In this document: one piece after another, positions 8,309 to 17,741 of the stretch
Layout: every line of letters starts with the position of its first letter
Numbering within the stretch: the stretch's first letter is position 1
Source: a virus
DNA: 64,000 nt
Strand: one strand, 5' to 3'
IMG/VR virus record: IMGVR_UViG_3300036978_000319
Location: 14,532-78,531 of that record
The notes under the pieces: model-generated
Seen by the model: only the letters and a program-made list of their open reading frames with translations
Database searches by the model: none
What the model was told of the DNA's origin: nothing
Made by a program: the position numbers and the translations under genes

Positions 8309-8887
8309 ATGATCATAGAGGCTCTTACATTTAAGTTAGCTCTCGACTTTACAAAATACTTACGTAAGAATCGTATCTACCTGGCCGATGTCAAGCTAGA
8401 CTTTTTTGACCGGTCAAGACATGAATATAGTGACTTCCTAGATTTGGCTGCCATGCAGGCATACTATGATCAAAACTATGTTCCTCTTGACAACTGCCTG
8501 TTAGGCTCTCTTGTTGGCATTCAGTTCTTTAGGTCAACAAGTGATACCTATGATTTCCCAACTTCATATAAGGCTGTTGACGTTTTAGGCAATGTGACAG
8601 TAAGCCCAGGCGCAGGCTTTGACCTACAGCGGAACGATCAGCGGACAGTCCTAAAGGATAGACAGCTTACACTCCTACGTAACACAATTGGAGAGTACCT
8701 TAAGTTCTATAATGAGCTTAAATTCATCTATGTGACTGGTATATATTCACCCTGCTATGCAGAACCAGGTTGGTCAGAGAATACATGGTGGCTTAGGTCA
8801 TTGAGAGAAACCCTAGTTAGCAGTAATAATCAGTCAAGCTTCCCGTATACAAACACCGTTGTACAGACAAAACCACCAGTCTCCTAA
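8309..8887 (+). CDS. Hypothetical late protein
   Basis: 192-aa ORF behind the late-promoter motif, directly upstream of the fibre gene. Confidence 0.7.
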   Translation: MIIEALTFKLALDFTKYLRKNRIYLADVKLDFFDRSRHEYSDFLDLAAMQAYYDQNYVPLDNCLLGSLVGIQFFRSTSDTYDFPTSYKAVDVLGNVTVSPGAGFDLQRNDQRTVLKDRQLTLLRNTIGEYLKFYNELKFIYVTGIYSPCYAEPGWSENTWWLRSLRETLVSSNNQSSFPYTNTVVQTKPPVS

Positions 8888-8930
8888 TATATAAACCAAG
8901 GTCACGAACCAAAAAGATAAGATATGTGTA

Positions 8931-11900
8931 ATGTTTAACCTTAGAGAATACATCCTATTTAGATTAGAGGAAAAGAGAGAGCTCTTTAACGGTGAAGTTG
9001 ACACTAATTTTAGGATGGTGTCAAACCCATGGGTTGCACGCCGAGTCTATGAAGAGGGTAACATTGTCTATCACCCGGTTGAGGTTGAGCCAATAACAGG
9101 TACCAATACAGGACCGCCTGAACAGCATCTTGCCTGGTGGAGAGCGAATAAGAGAACTACACAAGGTGTATTCCTATTAGGTGAATGGGATCTCATTGGA
9201 GGCATTGGGACAGGCGACATTACTGTTCAAGGCGCCGATTCATTTGGCAAGTTCCTAGTCAATAGCACGGTCCCGGCTGTTTTTAATAGCGGATCGGATG
9301 CCCTAATAGAGGCACAAAACCCAAACGACACTCTTAAACTTGTGGCAGGCACTGGTGTTGCACTGCTACATGACGTCTCAACAAATAGCATTAGGATTGA
9401 CAATCTAGGCGCACAAGGCGAGGTTAATCATGGCATTAACATTGGTCTGGGTCCACACGAAGATGTGTATGCCGGACTAAGTGGCACTAATCTAAGATTT
9501 AAGGGATTCACTGCAGCAAACAGCGGTGGTACTATTCTAACAGTAAGTACGACTGGGCTAGACAACATTGAGTATGCTCTAAATGAGGGAGCCATTGACC
9601 TGGCTGCTCTTAATGGAGGCAGTCCTACTATGGATCTCCTAAGTGATGTTAGCTACACCGGACTAGCAAACGGAGACCTACTTCAATGGTCAACAGGTCT
9701 GGGTACATGGGTGCCTATTGCAAGTGGTTCGGTTGGCAGCAGTCTGTTTGACCAGGACAGTGGAGTAGGTTCAACTCATAGGATAGGAACCAATCCTCCG
9801 GCAGTAGGCAACTATTCAACAATCAGCGGTGGGCAGAATAATCAAACTATTGGTAATTGGTCAACGGTGAGTGGTGGACAATATAATACCGCATCAGGCG
9901 ATCGTTCAACTGTAGGTGGAGGTGTAAATAATACTGCGTCAAGCTGTTGTTCAACCGTAGGCGGGGGCAGATGTAATGTTGCGTTAGGTGATCGTTCAAC
10001 CATAGGGGGTGGCAGTGGTAATACCGTATCAGATTGTTATTCGGTCATAGGTGGAGGTGTAAATAATACTGCATCGTGTGGTGGTTCAACGGTAAGCGGA
10101 GGTAGCACTAACGATGCATTAGGTTGTCTTTCGGTTATAGGTGGTGGTGCATGTAATACTGCACTATGTGATTTTTCGGTCATAGGCGGGGGCTTCTGTA
10201 ATACTTCGGTAGGCAATTGTTCAACCGTAAGTGGAGGAGCAATTAATATAGCATCATGCCTTTTGTCGACAGTAGGTGGGGGCTTCAGTAATACTTCAGC
10301 AGGAGATTTTTCAACTGTAGGCGGGGGCAGATCTAATATAGCATCAGGCAGTTGCTCAACAGTAGGCGGTGGTTTGTGTAACACTGCATTAGGCTGTCAA
10401 TCAACCGTAGGTGGTGGCAGACTTAATACTACATTGGGCTTAAGCGCAACGGTAGGTGGCGGGACTGCCAATGTGGCATCATGCACTTACTCAACGGTAG
10501 GGGGTGGTTTTTGTAGTATATCGACAGAGTGTTTTTCAACTGTGGGGGGTGGTGTGTTTAATACATCATCAGGCTGTACTTCAACTGTTGGGGGTGGTGT
10601 GTGCAACACAGCATCATGTGCTGGTTCAACTGTGAGTGGTGGTAAAAATAGTTTAGCATCAGGTAATTGTTCAACTGTAGGTGGTGGTCTGTTTAACACT
10701 GCATCAGGTGATCGTTCAGCTGTAGGTGGTGGCACTTTAAATACTGCATCATGTGTTTTTTCAACCGTAGGTGGTGGCAACAGTAATGCTGCAGTAGATT
10801 ATTCAACCGTAAGTGGCGGCAGTAGCAATACTGCATCATGTAGTTTTTCAACTGTTGGTGGTGGCGGATGTAATACATCATTATGTTGTTTTTCAACAAT
10901 AGGTGGTGGTTTACGCAATACATCGTCAGGCATTCTGTCATCGGTAGGTGGAGGGTTTTGTAATACAGTGTTAGGTTGTGTTTCAACGGTAGGTGGTGGT
11001 GTGTGTAATACTTCAGTAGGGTGTGCTTCGACAATAGGTGGTGGTTTTCTTAATATAGCATCAGGCTGTTTTTCAACTGTAGGTGGAGGCTTCTGTAATA
11101 CCGCATCAGGCTGTCAGTCAACTGTAGGTGGGGGCTTCTGTAATACTTCGGTAGCCAATTATTCAACTGTAGGTGGGGGCGTACTTAATATAGCATTATG
11201 TAATTATTCAACAGTGGGTGGGGGCGAATGTAATAGCGCATTAGGCAATTGTTCAACTGTAGGCGGTGGCACTGTTAATACTGCATTAGGCTGTCAGTCA
11301 ACAGTAGGTGGTGGTGCATGTAATACTTCAATAGGCTGTCAGTCAACAGTAGGCGGTGGCTTATGTAATACTTCAGTATGCTTACGCTCAACGGTAAGTG
11401 GCGGTTTTTGCAACACCGCATGCGGGGATTTTTCAACAGTAGGTAGTGGCGCATGTAATGACGCATTAGGTTGTTTGTCAACGGTAGGCGGTGGTTTATG
11501 TAATATAGCATCAGGCATTGGTTCAACCGTAGGCGGTGGTGCATGTAATACTGCATTGAGTGATCGCTCAACCATAAGCGGTGGTGCATGTAATACTGCA
11601 TCAGAGTGTGGTTCCTTTATTGGTGGAGGGACGGTTAACCTGGCATCTGGGCTATGCGCAGTTATCGGTGGAGGTTCCACTAACACTGCATGCGGAGGAT
11701 GTTCAACGGTAAGCGGCGGTTGCGCAAATGATGCAATAGGGGTGCTAGCCACTATAAGCGGTGGTTGTGCAAATACCGCATTAGGTAGTCGTTCAATTGT
11801 AGGTGGTGGTGAACTAAATATAGCATGCTGCAATTATTCAACTGTAAGCGGGGGCCGATGTAACACTGCATCGGGCAATTGTTCAACAGTAGGCGGTGGC

Positions 11901-14327
11901 ATTTGTAATACAGTGTCAGACAATTGTTCAGTCATAGGCGGTGGCGTACTTAATATAGCATCATGTGTTTTTTCAACTATAAGCGGCGGTAATAGTAATA
12001 CCACATCGGGTTGTTTTTCGGTCATAGGTGGGGGCGCGCTTAATATAGCATCATGTGTTTATTCAACTATTAGTGGTGGTGTGTGTAATACTGCATCGAA
12101 TTGTCATTCAACTGTAAGTGGCGGCTGCCGTAATATCGCATCAGACGAATTTTCAACTGTAGGCGGTGGCACACTTAATACCGCATCAGGTTGTCACTCA
12201 ACTGTAGGTGGGGGCGTACTTAATACTTCAGTATGCTTACGCTCAACGGTAAGTGGCGGTTTTTGCAATATCGCATGCGGGGATTTGTCAGCCGTAGGTG
12301 GTGGCGCATGTCATGACGCATTAGGTTGTTTGTCAACGATAGGGGGCGGTTTATCCAATACTGCATCAGGTGATAGTTCAATAATAGGCGGAGGCAGAAG
12401 TAATACTGCGTTATGCTGTGGTTCAACAGTAGGCGGTGGCATATTTAATACTACATCAGGTTGTCAATCAACCGTAGGCGGAGGTTTATGTAATATAGCA
12501 TCATGTGATCGTTCAACTGTAAGTGGTGGAATTCGTAATACTGCATCATGCACTGCTTCCACGGTAAGTGGTGGTTATTGTAACATATCATCAGAAATTG
12601 CTTCCTTTATTGGTGGAGGGACGCTTAACCTGGCATCTGGGCTATGTGCAGTTGTTGGGGGAGGTTCTAATAACACTGCGTGCGGAGGATGTTCAACGGT
12701 AAGTGGGGGTTGCGCGAATGATGCCTTAGGGTTTGTAGCCACTATAAGCGGTGGTTGTGCAAATACCGCATTAGGTACTTTGTCAGCAGTAGGTGGTGGT
12801 CAGCTGAATACCACATCAGGCTGTCAGTCAACAGTAGGCGGTGGCAGATGTAATACTGTATTCGGCTGTTGTTCAACTATAGGCGGTGGTCGCACTAACA
12901 TTATAGATAGCAGCGATGCAACAATTGCAGGTGGTGCATGTAACTTGATAGAAGAAATCACTGGGCTGCTTGCAACAGGTTCCTTTATTGGAGGTGGTGT
13001 GAGTAATACGGTATCATGCTATTATTCAACTATAAGTGGGGGTAATTTTAATACAGCATCAGGCGCAGGTTCAACTATAGGTGGTGGCGTGTTCAATGCC
13101 GCATCAGACGCAGTTTCAACTATAAGTGGTGGTGCGTGCAATGCGGCATCAGGACCTGTGTCAACGGTAGGTGGCGGTTTTTGTAATATCGCATCTGGTA
13201 ATGCTTCATTTATTGGAGGTGGCGATTGTAATAGAGCATTAGGTTGTAGGTCAACTGTGGGGGGTGGCGATTGTAATAGAGCATTAGGTGATTGTTCAGC
13301 TGTGGGGGGTGGGTGCCGTAATACTGCATCATGTTCATATTCAACTATAGGCGGGGGTATGTGTAATATCGCAAAAGGTGATTGTTCAACCGTAGGTGGC
13401 GGTGTTTCTAATACTGCATTATGTTTATATTCAACTGTAGGCGGTGGCCAACGTAATACCGCATGCTGTATCTCTTCAACTATAAGTGGTGGCCAATGTA
13501 ATACCATATTAAGAGAATGCGGAACTATTGGGGGTGGGTGCTGTAATACGATAATAAATGTATGTTACTCAACGATTGGAGGTGGCATATGTAATACTAT
13601 AAGTTGTGGTAAAGCTGGATCTGTGATAGGTGGTGGTGGCAAGAATACCGTATCAGAGGGTTTTGCAACAATAAGCGGAGGCGCGCTTAATATAGCATCA
13701 GGTAGTGTATCAACCATAAGTGGTGGCCAACGTAATACCGCATGCGGGACTTCTTCCACCGTGGGTGGTGGGGAAATTAACCTTGCATGTGGTGGGTTTT
13801 CAACAGTAGGTGGTGGTGTGTGTAATACCGCATCGGGTGCTAGTTCGGTAATAGGTGGTGGCCAGTGTAATACTGCATGCGCGTGTAATCTTCCAACTAT
13901 AGGTGGTGGTTTTCGTAATATCGTATCAAGTGATTGGGGAACAATAGGCGGTGGTTGTAGTAACATTGTAGATAGCGATTACGCAGTCATTGCAGGTGGC
14001 CAATTAAATATGATAGAAGACATTACTGGATGTCCTGCAACAGGTTCCTTTATTGGCGGAGGGTCATGTAATACCGCATGTGCATGCTATTCAAGTATTT
14101 TGGGTGGCCGAAATAATACAGCATGCCATAATAGCTCTCACATCGTTGGGGAGTGCATCACAACTAGGTATAGCTGCACAACTCATATTAACTGTCTAAA
14201 CTTTAAGTGTATTGTGTCACATTGCGGTAATGCATGTGCAGTGGCTGCAGGACTACCAGTCGGTCAAGTTTACCTAAGTACAGAATGCGCAGGATTCCCT
14301 GCATTTTTAACCATTGTTGTACCTTGA
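8931..14327 (+). CDS. Giant Cys-rich repeat fibre/adhesin-like virion protein (beta-roll repeats, N-terminal CBM5/12-like module)
   Basis: 1798 aa. The N-terminal R..K..L...EVD.NF fibre-attachment motif is followed by a W-x5-Y-x2-G-N-I-V...WWRA...W module resembling CBM5/12, then roughly 95-100 copies of a 15-aa S-T-V-G-G-G-x-C-N-T-A-S-(G/C)-x-x repeat. Confidence 0.8.
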   Translation: MFNLREYILFRLEEKRELFNGEVDTNFRMVSNPWVARRVYEEGNIVYHPVEVEPITGTNTGPPEQHLAWWRANKRTTQGVFLLGEWDLIGGIGTGDITVQGADSFGKFLVNSTVPAVFNSGSDALIEAQNPNDTLKLVAGTGVALLHDVSTNSIRIDNLGAQGEVNHGINIGLGPHEDVYAGLSGTNLRFKGFTAANSGGTILTVSTTGLDNIEYALNEGAIDLAALNGGSPTMDLLSDVSYTGLANGDLLQWSTGLGTWVPIASGSVGSSLFDQDSGVGSTHRIGTNPPAVGNYSTISGGQNNQTIGNWSTVSGGQYNTASGDRSTVGGGVNNTASSCCSTVGGGRCNVALGDRSTIGGGSGNTVSDCYSVIGGGVNNTASCGGSTVSGGSTNDALGCLSVIGGGACNTALCDFSVIGGGFCNTSVGNCSTVSGGAINIASCLLSTVGGGFSNTSAGDFSTVGGGRSNIASGSCSTVGGGLCNTALGCQSTVGGGRLNTTLGLSATVGGGTANVASCTYSTVGGGFCSISTECFSTVGGGVFNTSSGCTSTVGGGVCNTASCAGSTVSGGKNSLASGNCSTVGGGLFNTASGDRSAVGGGTLNTASCVFSTVGGGNSNAAVDYSTVSGGSSNTASCSFSTVGGGGCNTSLCCFSTIGGGLRNTSSGILSSVGGGFCNTVLGCVSTVGGGVCNTSVGCASTIGGGFLNIASGCFSTVGGGFCNTASGCQSTVGGGFCNTSVANYSTVGGGVLNIALCNYSTVGGGECNSALGNCSTVGGGTVNTALGCQSTVGGGACNTSIGCQSTVGGGLCNTSVCLRSTVSGGFCNTACGDFSTVGSGACNDALGCLSTVGGGLCNIASGIGSTVGGGACNTALSDRSTISGGACNTASECGSFIGGGTVNLASGLCAVIGGGSTNTACGGCSTVSGGCANDAIGVLATISGGCANTALGSRSIVGGGELNIACCNYSTVSGGRCNTASGNCSTVGGGICNTVSDNCSVIGGGVLNIASCVFSTISGGNSNTTSGCFSVIGGGALNIASCVYSTISGGVCNTASNCHSTVSGGCRNIASDEFSTVGGGTLNTASGCHSTVGGGVLNTSVCLRSTVSGGFCNIACGDLSAVGGGACHDALGCLSTIGGGLSNTASGDSSIIGGGRSNTALCCGSTVGGGIFNTTSGCQSTVGGGLCNIASCDRSTVSGGIRNTASCTASTVSGGYCNISSEIASFIGGGTLNLASGLCAVVGGGSNNTACGGCSTVSGGCANDALGFVATISGGCANTALGTLSAVGGGQLNTTSGCQSTVGGGRCNTVFGCCSTIGGGRTNIIDSSDATIAGGACNLIEEITGLLATGSFIGGGVSNTVSCYYSTISGGNFNTASGAGSTIGGGVFNAASDAVSTISGGACNAASGPVSTVGGGFCNIASGNASFIGGGDCNRALGCRSTVGGGDCNRALGDCSAVGGGCRNTASCSYSTIGGGMCNIAKGDCSTVGGGVSNTALCLYSTVGGGQRNTACCISSTISGGQCNTILRECGTIGGGCCNTIINVCYSTIGGGICNTISCGKAGSVIGGGGKNTVSEGFATISGGALNIASGSVSTISGGQRNTACGTSSTVGGGEINLACGGFSTVGGGVCNTASGASSVIGGGQCNTACACNLPTIGGGFRNIVSSDWGTIGGGCSNIVDSDYAVIAGGQLNMIEDITGCPATGSFIGGGSCNTACACYSSILGGRNNTACHNSSHIVGECITTRYSCTTHINCLNFKCIVSHCGNACAVAAGLPVGQVYLSTECAGFPAFLTIVVP
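9810..14140 (+). repeat. Degenerate 45-bp coding tandem repeat array
   Basis: tcaac(t/g/c)gtaggtggtgg...tgtaatactgcatca recurs with a ~45-nt period; array boundaries are approximate. Confidence 0.9.
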
Positions 14328-14333
14328 TAAATA
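14326..14333 (+). promoter_or_regulatory. Late-promoter-like GATAAATA
   Basis: Overlaps the fibre stop codon, upstream of the glycosyltransferase; a TATAAT also lies near 14375. Confidence 0.55.
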
Positions 14334-14398
14334 TACTACAATGCGGTTAAACTAAACTAGTTGGCCTAACTTGGGTATAATTTCTAAACAGTTCAATT

Positions 14399-15286
14399 AT
14401 GGATTCTTATGCTATCTTCCACATTGAGGGAGGACTCGGTAAACACGTTGCAGCAACTGCAGTTGCAAAGGCAATTAAGTCAAACAATCCTCACCGCAAA
14501 CTTATAGTAGTCTGTGCATGGCCTGAAGTCTTTCTTAACCTACCTTATGTTGACCGAGTGTACCGCATTGGTAGCACTCCCTATTTTTATAGGGACTTTA
14601 TCAATGGACAAGACAGCATCATCTTTAAGCATGAACCCTATTTTACAACCTCACATATTCATAAGCAAAAGAGCCTAATCCAAAACTGGATAGAGCTCTA
14701 TGGCATGCCTTACAACGGAGAGTTGCCTGACCTTAAGTTCAACTATCGCCAAGATCAGTTTGGCTTTAATAAGTGGAACCGGAATATGCCAGTCCTAGTT
14801 CTTCATACCAACGGTGGACCGCTTCAGGGGCAAGCATATCCCTATACATGGACTCGTGATATGCCACCACATATCTCTCGTGGATTGGTTGAAATGTTTA
14901 GGGACAGGTTTCATATTATTCAGATCTGCCGCGAAGAAGGCCAAGTCATTCCGGGTGTAGGCGAGGCTCATTGGCAGTCTATGTCAAACATGGAACTCTT
15001 TTATCTAATGAAGATGAGCAATGCTCGCATTCTTATTGACTCTAGTCTTCAGCATGCTGCGGCTGCATTAGGAATGCCCTCAACTGTTCTCTGGGTTGGT
15101 ACAAGCCCGGTTGTGTTTGGCTATGACATGCACACAAACATTGCGGCTGATTTAGGAGATGAGGTTCTCCTACCTGATAGCTATCTCTTTGACTATAGTT
15201 TTAATGGAGTACTCCATGAATGTCCAATGATAGACACTTTACGAATGTTTAACCTGCCGCAAATCGCTGCATCAATACCCTCATAA
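14399..15286 (+). CDS. Glycosyltransferase, GT9 (heptosyltransferase)-like
   Basis: N-terminal IEGGLGKHVAATAVAKAIK and C-terminal LIDSSLQHAAAALGMPSTVLW match RfaF/WaaF GT-B signatures. Confidence 0.8.
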   Translation: MDSYAIFHIEGGLGKHVAATAVAKAIKSNNPHRKLIVVCAWPEVFLNLPYVDRVYRIGSTPYFYRDFINGQDSIIFKHEPYFTTSHIHKQKSLIQNWIELYGMPYNGELPDLKFNYRQDQFGFNKWNRNMPVLVLHTNGGPLQGQAYPYTWTRDMPPHISRGLVEMFRDRFHIIQICREEGQVIPGVGEAHWQSMSNMELFYLMKMSNARILIDSSLQHAAAALGMPSTVLWVGTSPVVFGYDMHTNIAADLGDEVLLPDSYLFDYSFNGVLHECPMIDTLRMFNLPQIAASIPS

Positions 15287-16104
15287 TGCCAGATCAAATC
15301 TTCTTTCAAAGTTCACTGCCTCGTAGCGGTTCAACTCTGCTGCAAAACATACTTGCACAAAATCCCAGTATGTATGCAACTCCTACATCAGGTGTTCTTG
15401 AGCTTCTGTATGCAGCCCGGGCAAACTACAGTTCATCACCAGAGTTTAGAGCACAAGATAGCGATCTTATGAAGCAGGGTTGGCTATCGTTCTGTAAGCA
15501 GGGCATGGAGGGATTTTATGAGGGAGTGACCGATAAGCGGTATGTAATTGATAAGAGCCGTGGCTGGGGAGTTCACTACGGCTTTCTTAATTCATTCTAC
15601 CCTAACCCAAAGATTGTCTGTATGGTCAGAGACCTTAGGTCGGTCTTTTCTTCAATGGAGAAAAACTTCCGCAAGAACCCAGAACTAGACAGTGGAATTG
15701 TGAATCATCAAGCCATGACAGGTACTACCACCGAAAAGAGAATTGATGTGTGGGCCAGTGGACAACCTGTTGGTTTGGCTGTTGAGAGGCTACGACAAGT
15801 CTACACCGAAGGCAATAACAAGAATATGCACTTTGTTAGGTTTGAGGATCTTACGCAGAACCCACAACACGAAATGAATAAGATCTATGACTTCTTTGGA
15901 ATAGACAGGTACTCGCATGACTTTAATAATGTAGAGCAGGTAACTCAGGAAGATGACCAAGTATATGGCATTTACGGAGATCATCAGATTAGAACACAAG
16001 TTAAACCAGTTGAAAATGACTTTCATAAGATTCTTGGACCGCATGCAAGTAATTGGATCAAAGATAACTATGCCTGGTTTTTTAAGGAATTCAACTACTA
16101 TTAA
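15286..16104 (+). CDS. PAPS-dependent sulfotransferase-family protein
   Basis: 5'-PSB motif SSLPRSGSTLL, 3'-PB motif MVRDLRSVFSS and VRFEDLTQNP; TAATG overlap with the glycosyltransferase. Confidence 0.88.
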   Translation: MPDQIFFQSSLPRSGSTLLQNILAQNPSMYATPTSGVLELLYAARANYSSSPEFRAQDSDLMKQGWLSFCKQGMEGFYEGVTDKRYVIDKSRGWGVHYGFLNSFYPNPKIVCMVRDLRSVFSSMEKNFRKNPELDSGIVNHQAMTGTTTEKRIDVWASGQPVGLAVERLRQVYTEGNNKNMHFVRFEDLTQNPQHEMNKIYDFFGIDRYSHDFNNVEQVTQEDDQVYGIYGDHQIRTQVKPVENDFHKILGPHASNWIKDNYAWFFKEFNYY

Positions 16105-16126
16105 GACAGAACTAAAGCCGGAAAGT

Positions 16127-16636
16127 ATGACACAGGAACATGATGCACCCGCCGTTAAAAAGAGATCTCTGCAATGGGTTAAGGGAGATAAGATAGGTAT
16201 GGTTGAGACCATAAAGAGTGATGATGGGCAATGGCTTACCTTTGATAGTGGAGGCCGCATTTCAAAATCCATTGCCGGAGAGTTTATGCTGGATGTTGCC
16301 GAGGGAACACTATCGTCCGATGAACTAAAACTAAACTCAAGTGCTCATGTGGCAGCCGTGCCAGTAAAGTCTGCCGTATCAGTTGAGAGTGTACATAAGC
16401 AAAGGTCACCCGTTGCAGTTCTCCTAGAGCGATCACAACAGCATGATGACATTGAGCTTACGGTTAAGATTAGGGTTAAGACACCAACTGCTCTGCTTAT
16501 GACAGTCCTACGAGACTCATTTGGAGAAGAGGCTGATTCCGAGGTTGAGGAGTTTGTCATGGCACAAGTTAATGCGGATAACCTAATTGCATCCGCACGT
16601 GAAGAACTAAAGCAGTGCATGAATTCACTAGGATAA
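16127..16636 (+). CDS. Hypothetical protein
   Basis: Probable start MTQEHDAP (ATG at 16127), which avoids a large overlap with the sulfotransferase. Confidence 0.65.
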   Translation: MTQEHDAPAVKKRSLQWVKGDKIGMVETIKSDDGQWLTFDSGGRISKSIAGEFMLDVAEGTLSSDELKLNSSAHVAAVPVKSAVSVESVHKQRSPVAVLLERSQQHDDIELTVKIRVKTPTALLMTVLRDSFGEEADSEVEEFVMAQVNADNLIASAREELKQCMNSLG

Positions 16637-16657
16637 ATACTACATAAAACTACTAAA

Positions 16658-17026
16658 ATGAACAGAATCGCAAACAGAAAGCAGAGAAGAGAAGCCATGA
16701 AAGGTCAAGGCATTCTTGGAATGATTGGCCAATTATCTTACACAAAACGCGCCGAGATTAGGCAAGCCAATTTGGCCAGAGGCCGTGAAGCACACACAGC
16801 CATGACTGACCATGTTGACAAAGACAGGTGGGCACGTCTTGAGTCTAAGGAAATTGAGATGATGAAAACTTGGAAGGAGATTGGCTATAACGATGAAGAG
16901 ATTTCACTACTACGTGAAGCATGGTCAATTAATGTAGTAGGTGGCGCAAGTCGCGAGGACATTAAAAAGAGTGCAGATTTGGTTAAGAGTGCAGATGAGT
17001 CTCTTCATAACAGACTAGGATCATAA
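16658..17026 (+). CDS. Hypothetical protein
   Basis: 122 aa with basic N-terminus (NRKQRR); GATAAATA at 16632-16639 upstream. Confidence 0.7.
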   Translation: MNRIANRKQRREAMKGQGILGMIGQLSYTKRAEIRQANLARGREAHTAMTDHVDKDRWARLESKEIEMMKTWKEIGYNDEEISLLREAWSINVVGGASREDIKKSADLVKSADESLHNRLGS

Positions 17027-17029
17027 CCT

Positions 17030-17365
17030 ATGGTTGAGATTACTCTAGAGCCAGCGCGGAATGGTGTCATCAAAAAGATCCGTGACACAAATCATGGCGG
17101 AAGCAGTTCCCAAATGACAGTCACTGATGTATATGAAATCGACACCGACCAAGAGGATTCGCATGAAACCTTAGTGAGATTCATTTATGAAATTTGTGAA
17201 GACTTAGGTTTGGATGTTGGCAATAAGTTTTCGTCGCAAGTAATGAAGATCCAGTTTTCATGGGGTTCTCACTATGAACCTCACACAGAGGAAATCTCAA
17301 GCAGGATAGCTGAATTGGAGGCTGAACTTGAGATACTTAAAGTGTATCAGAATGATCATATTTAA
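17030..17365 (+). CDS. Hypothetical protein
   Basis: 111-aa ORF in the operon. Confidence 0.7.
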   Translation: MVEITLEPARNGVIKKIRDTNHGGSSSQMTVTDVYEIDTDQEDSHETLVRFIYEICEDLGLDVGNKFSSQVMKIQFSWGSHYEPHTEEISSRIAELEAELEILKVYQNDHI

Positions 17366-17741
17366 CTTTGTGTGCTTGCGTGATGCAGTACTAACCAAAA
17401 GGTTTCTTGATAAGCTGCCTAAGGGAGTTGAATGTATTGACTATATTGCCGTCTCAAATAAGTTGGCTAAGAATGATTATGCTGGCCAAGAACCCTCTGA
17501 CGATGTGATTGCATCTCATCTAATTAAACTGTTGCATGCAGCTGTCAATAGCCGAAATAGGGGAGAAATTTATTATGTTATTAGCAGTACTGACAGCAAT
17601 ATCATGGAGAGTATTAAAGCCTTTCTAACGGATGCTACACAAGCCGAAATAAGTTATACACTGGTCTGTACACCTGCTATTGCAAACAAGACAGTGTCGA
17701 GTGTACCTACTCAAATTCACATTGTACATGAAACGGCATAG
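17352..17741 (+). CDS. Hypothetical protein
   Basis: Probable start MIIFNF (ATG at 17352). Confidence 0.6.
   Translation: MIIFNFVCLRDAVLTKRFLDKLPKGVECIDYIAVSNKLAKNDYAGQEPSDDVIASHLIKLLHAAVNSRNRGEIYYVISSTDSNIMESIKAFLTDATQAEISYTLVCTPAIANKTVSSVPTQIHIVHETA

Noticed and set aside
10037-13966. Many minus-strand Pro-rich and His-rich ORFs (PPPTVE..., HHL...)
   Set aside because: They are antisense shadows of the GGT-GGT-GGC coding repeats in the plus-strand fibre gene.
9810-14140. CRISPR array or diversity-generating retroelement
   Set aside because: The repeats are degenerate, in-frame and protein-coding with no unique spacers. No cas or reverse transcriptase gene is in the window, and I did not see an adenine-only mismatch pattern between duplicated blocks.
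15953-16126. Upstream extension of ORF 15953-16636
   Set aside because: It overlaps the sulfotransferase by about 150 nt; ATG 16127 is the more plausible start.
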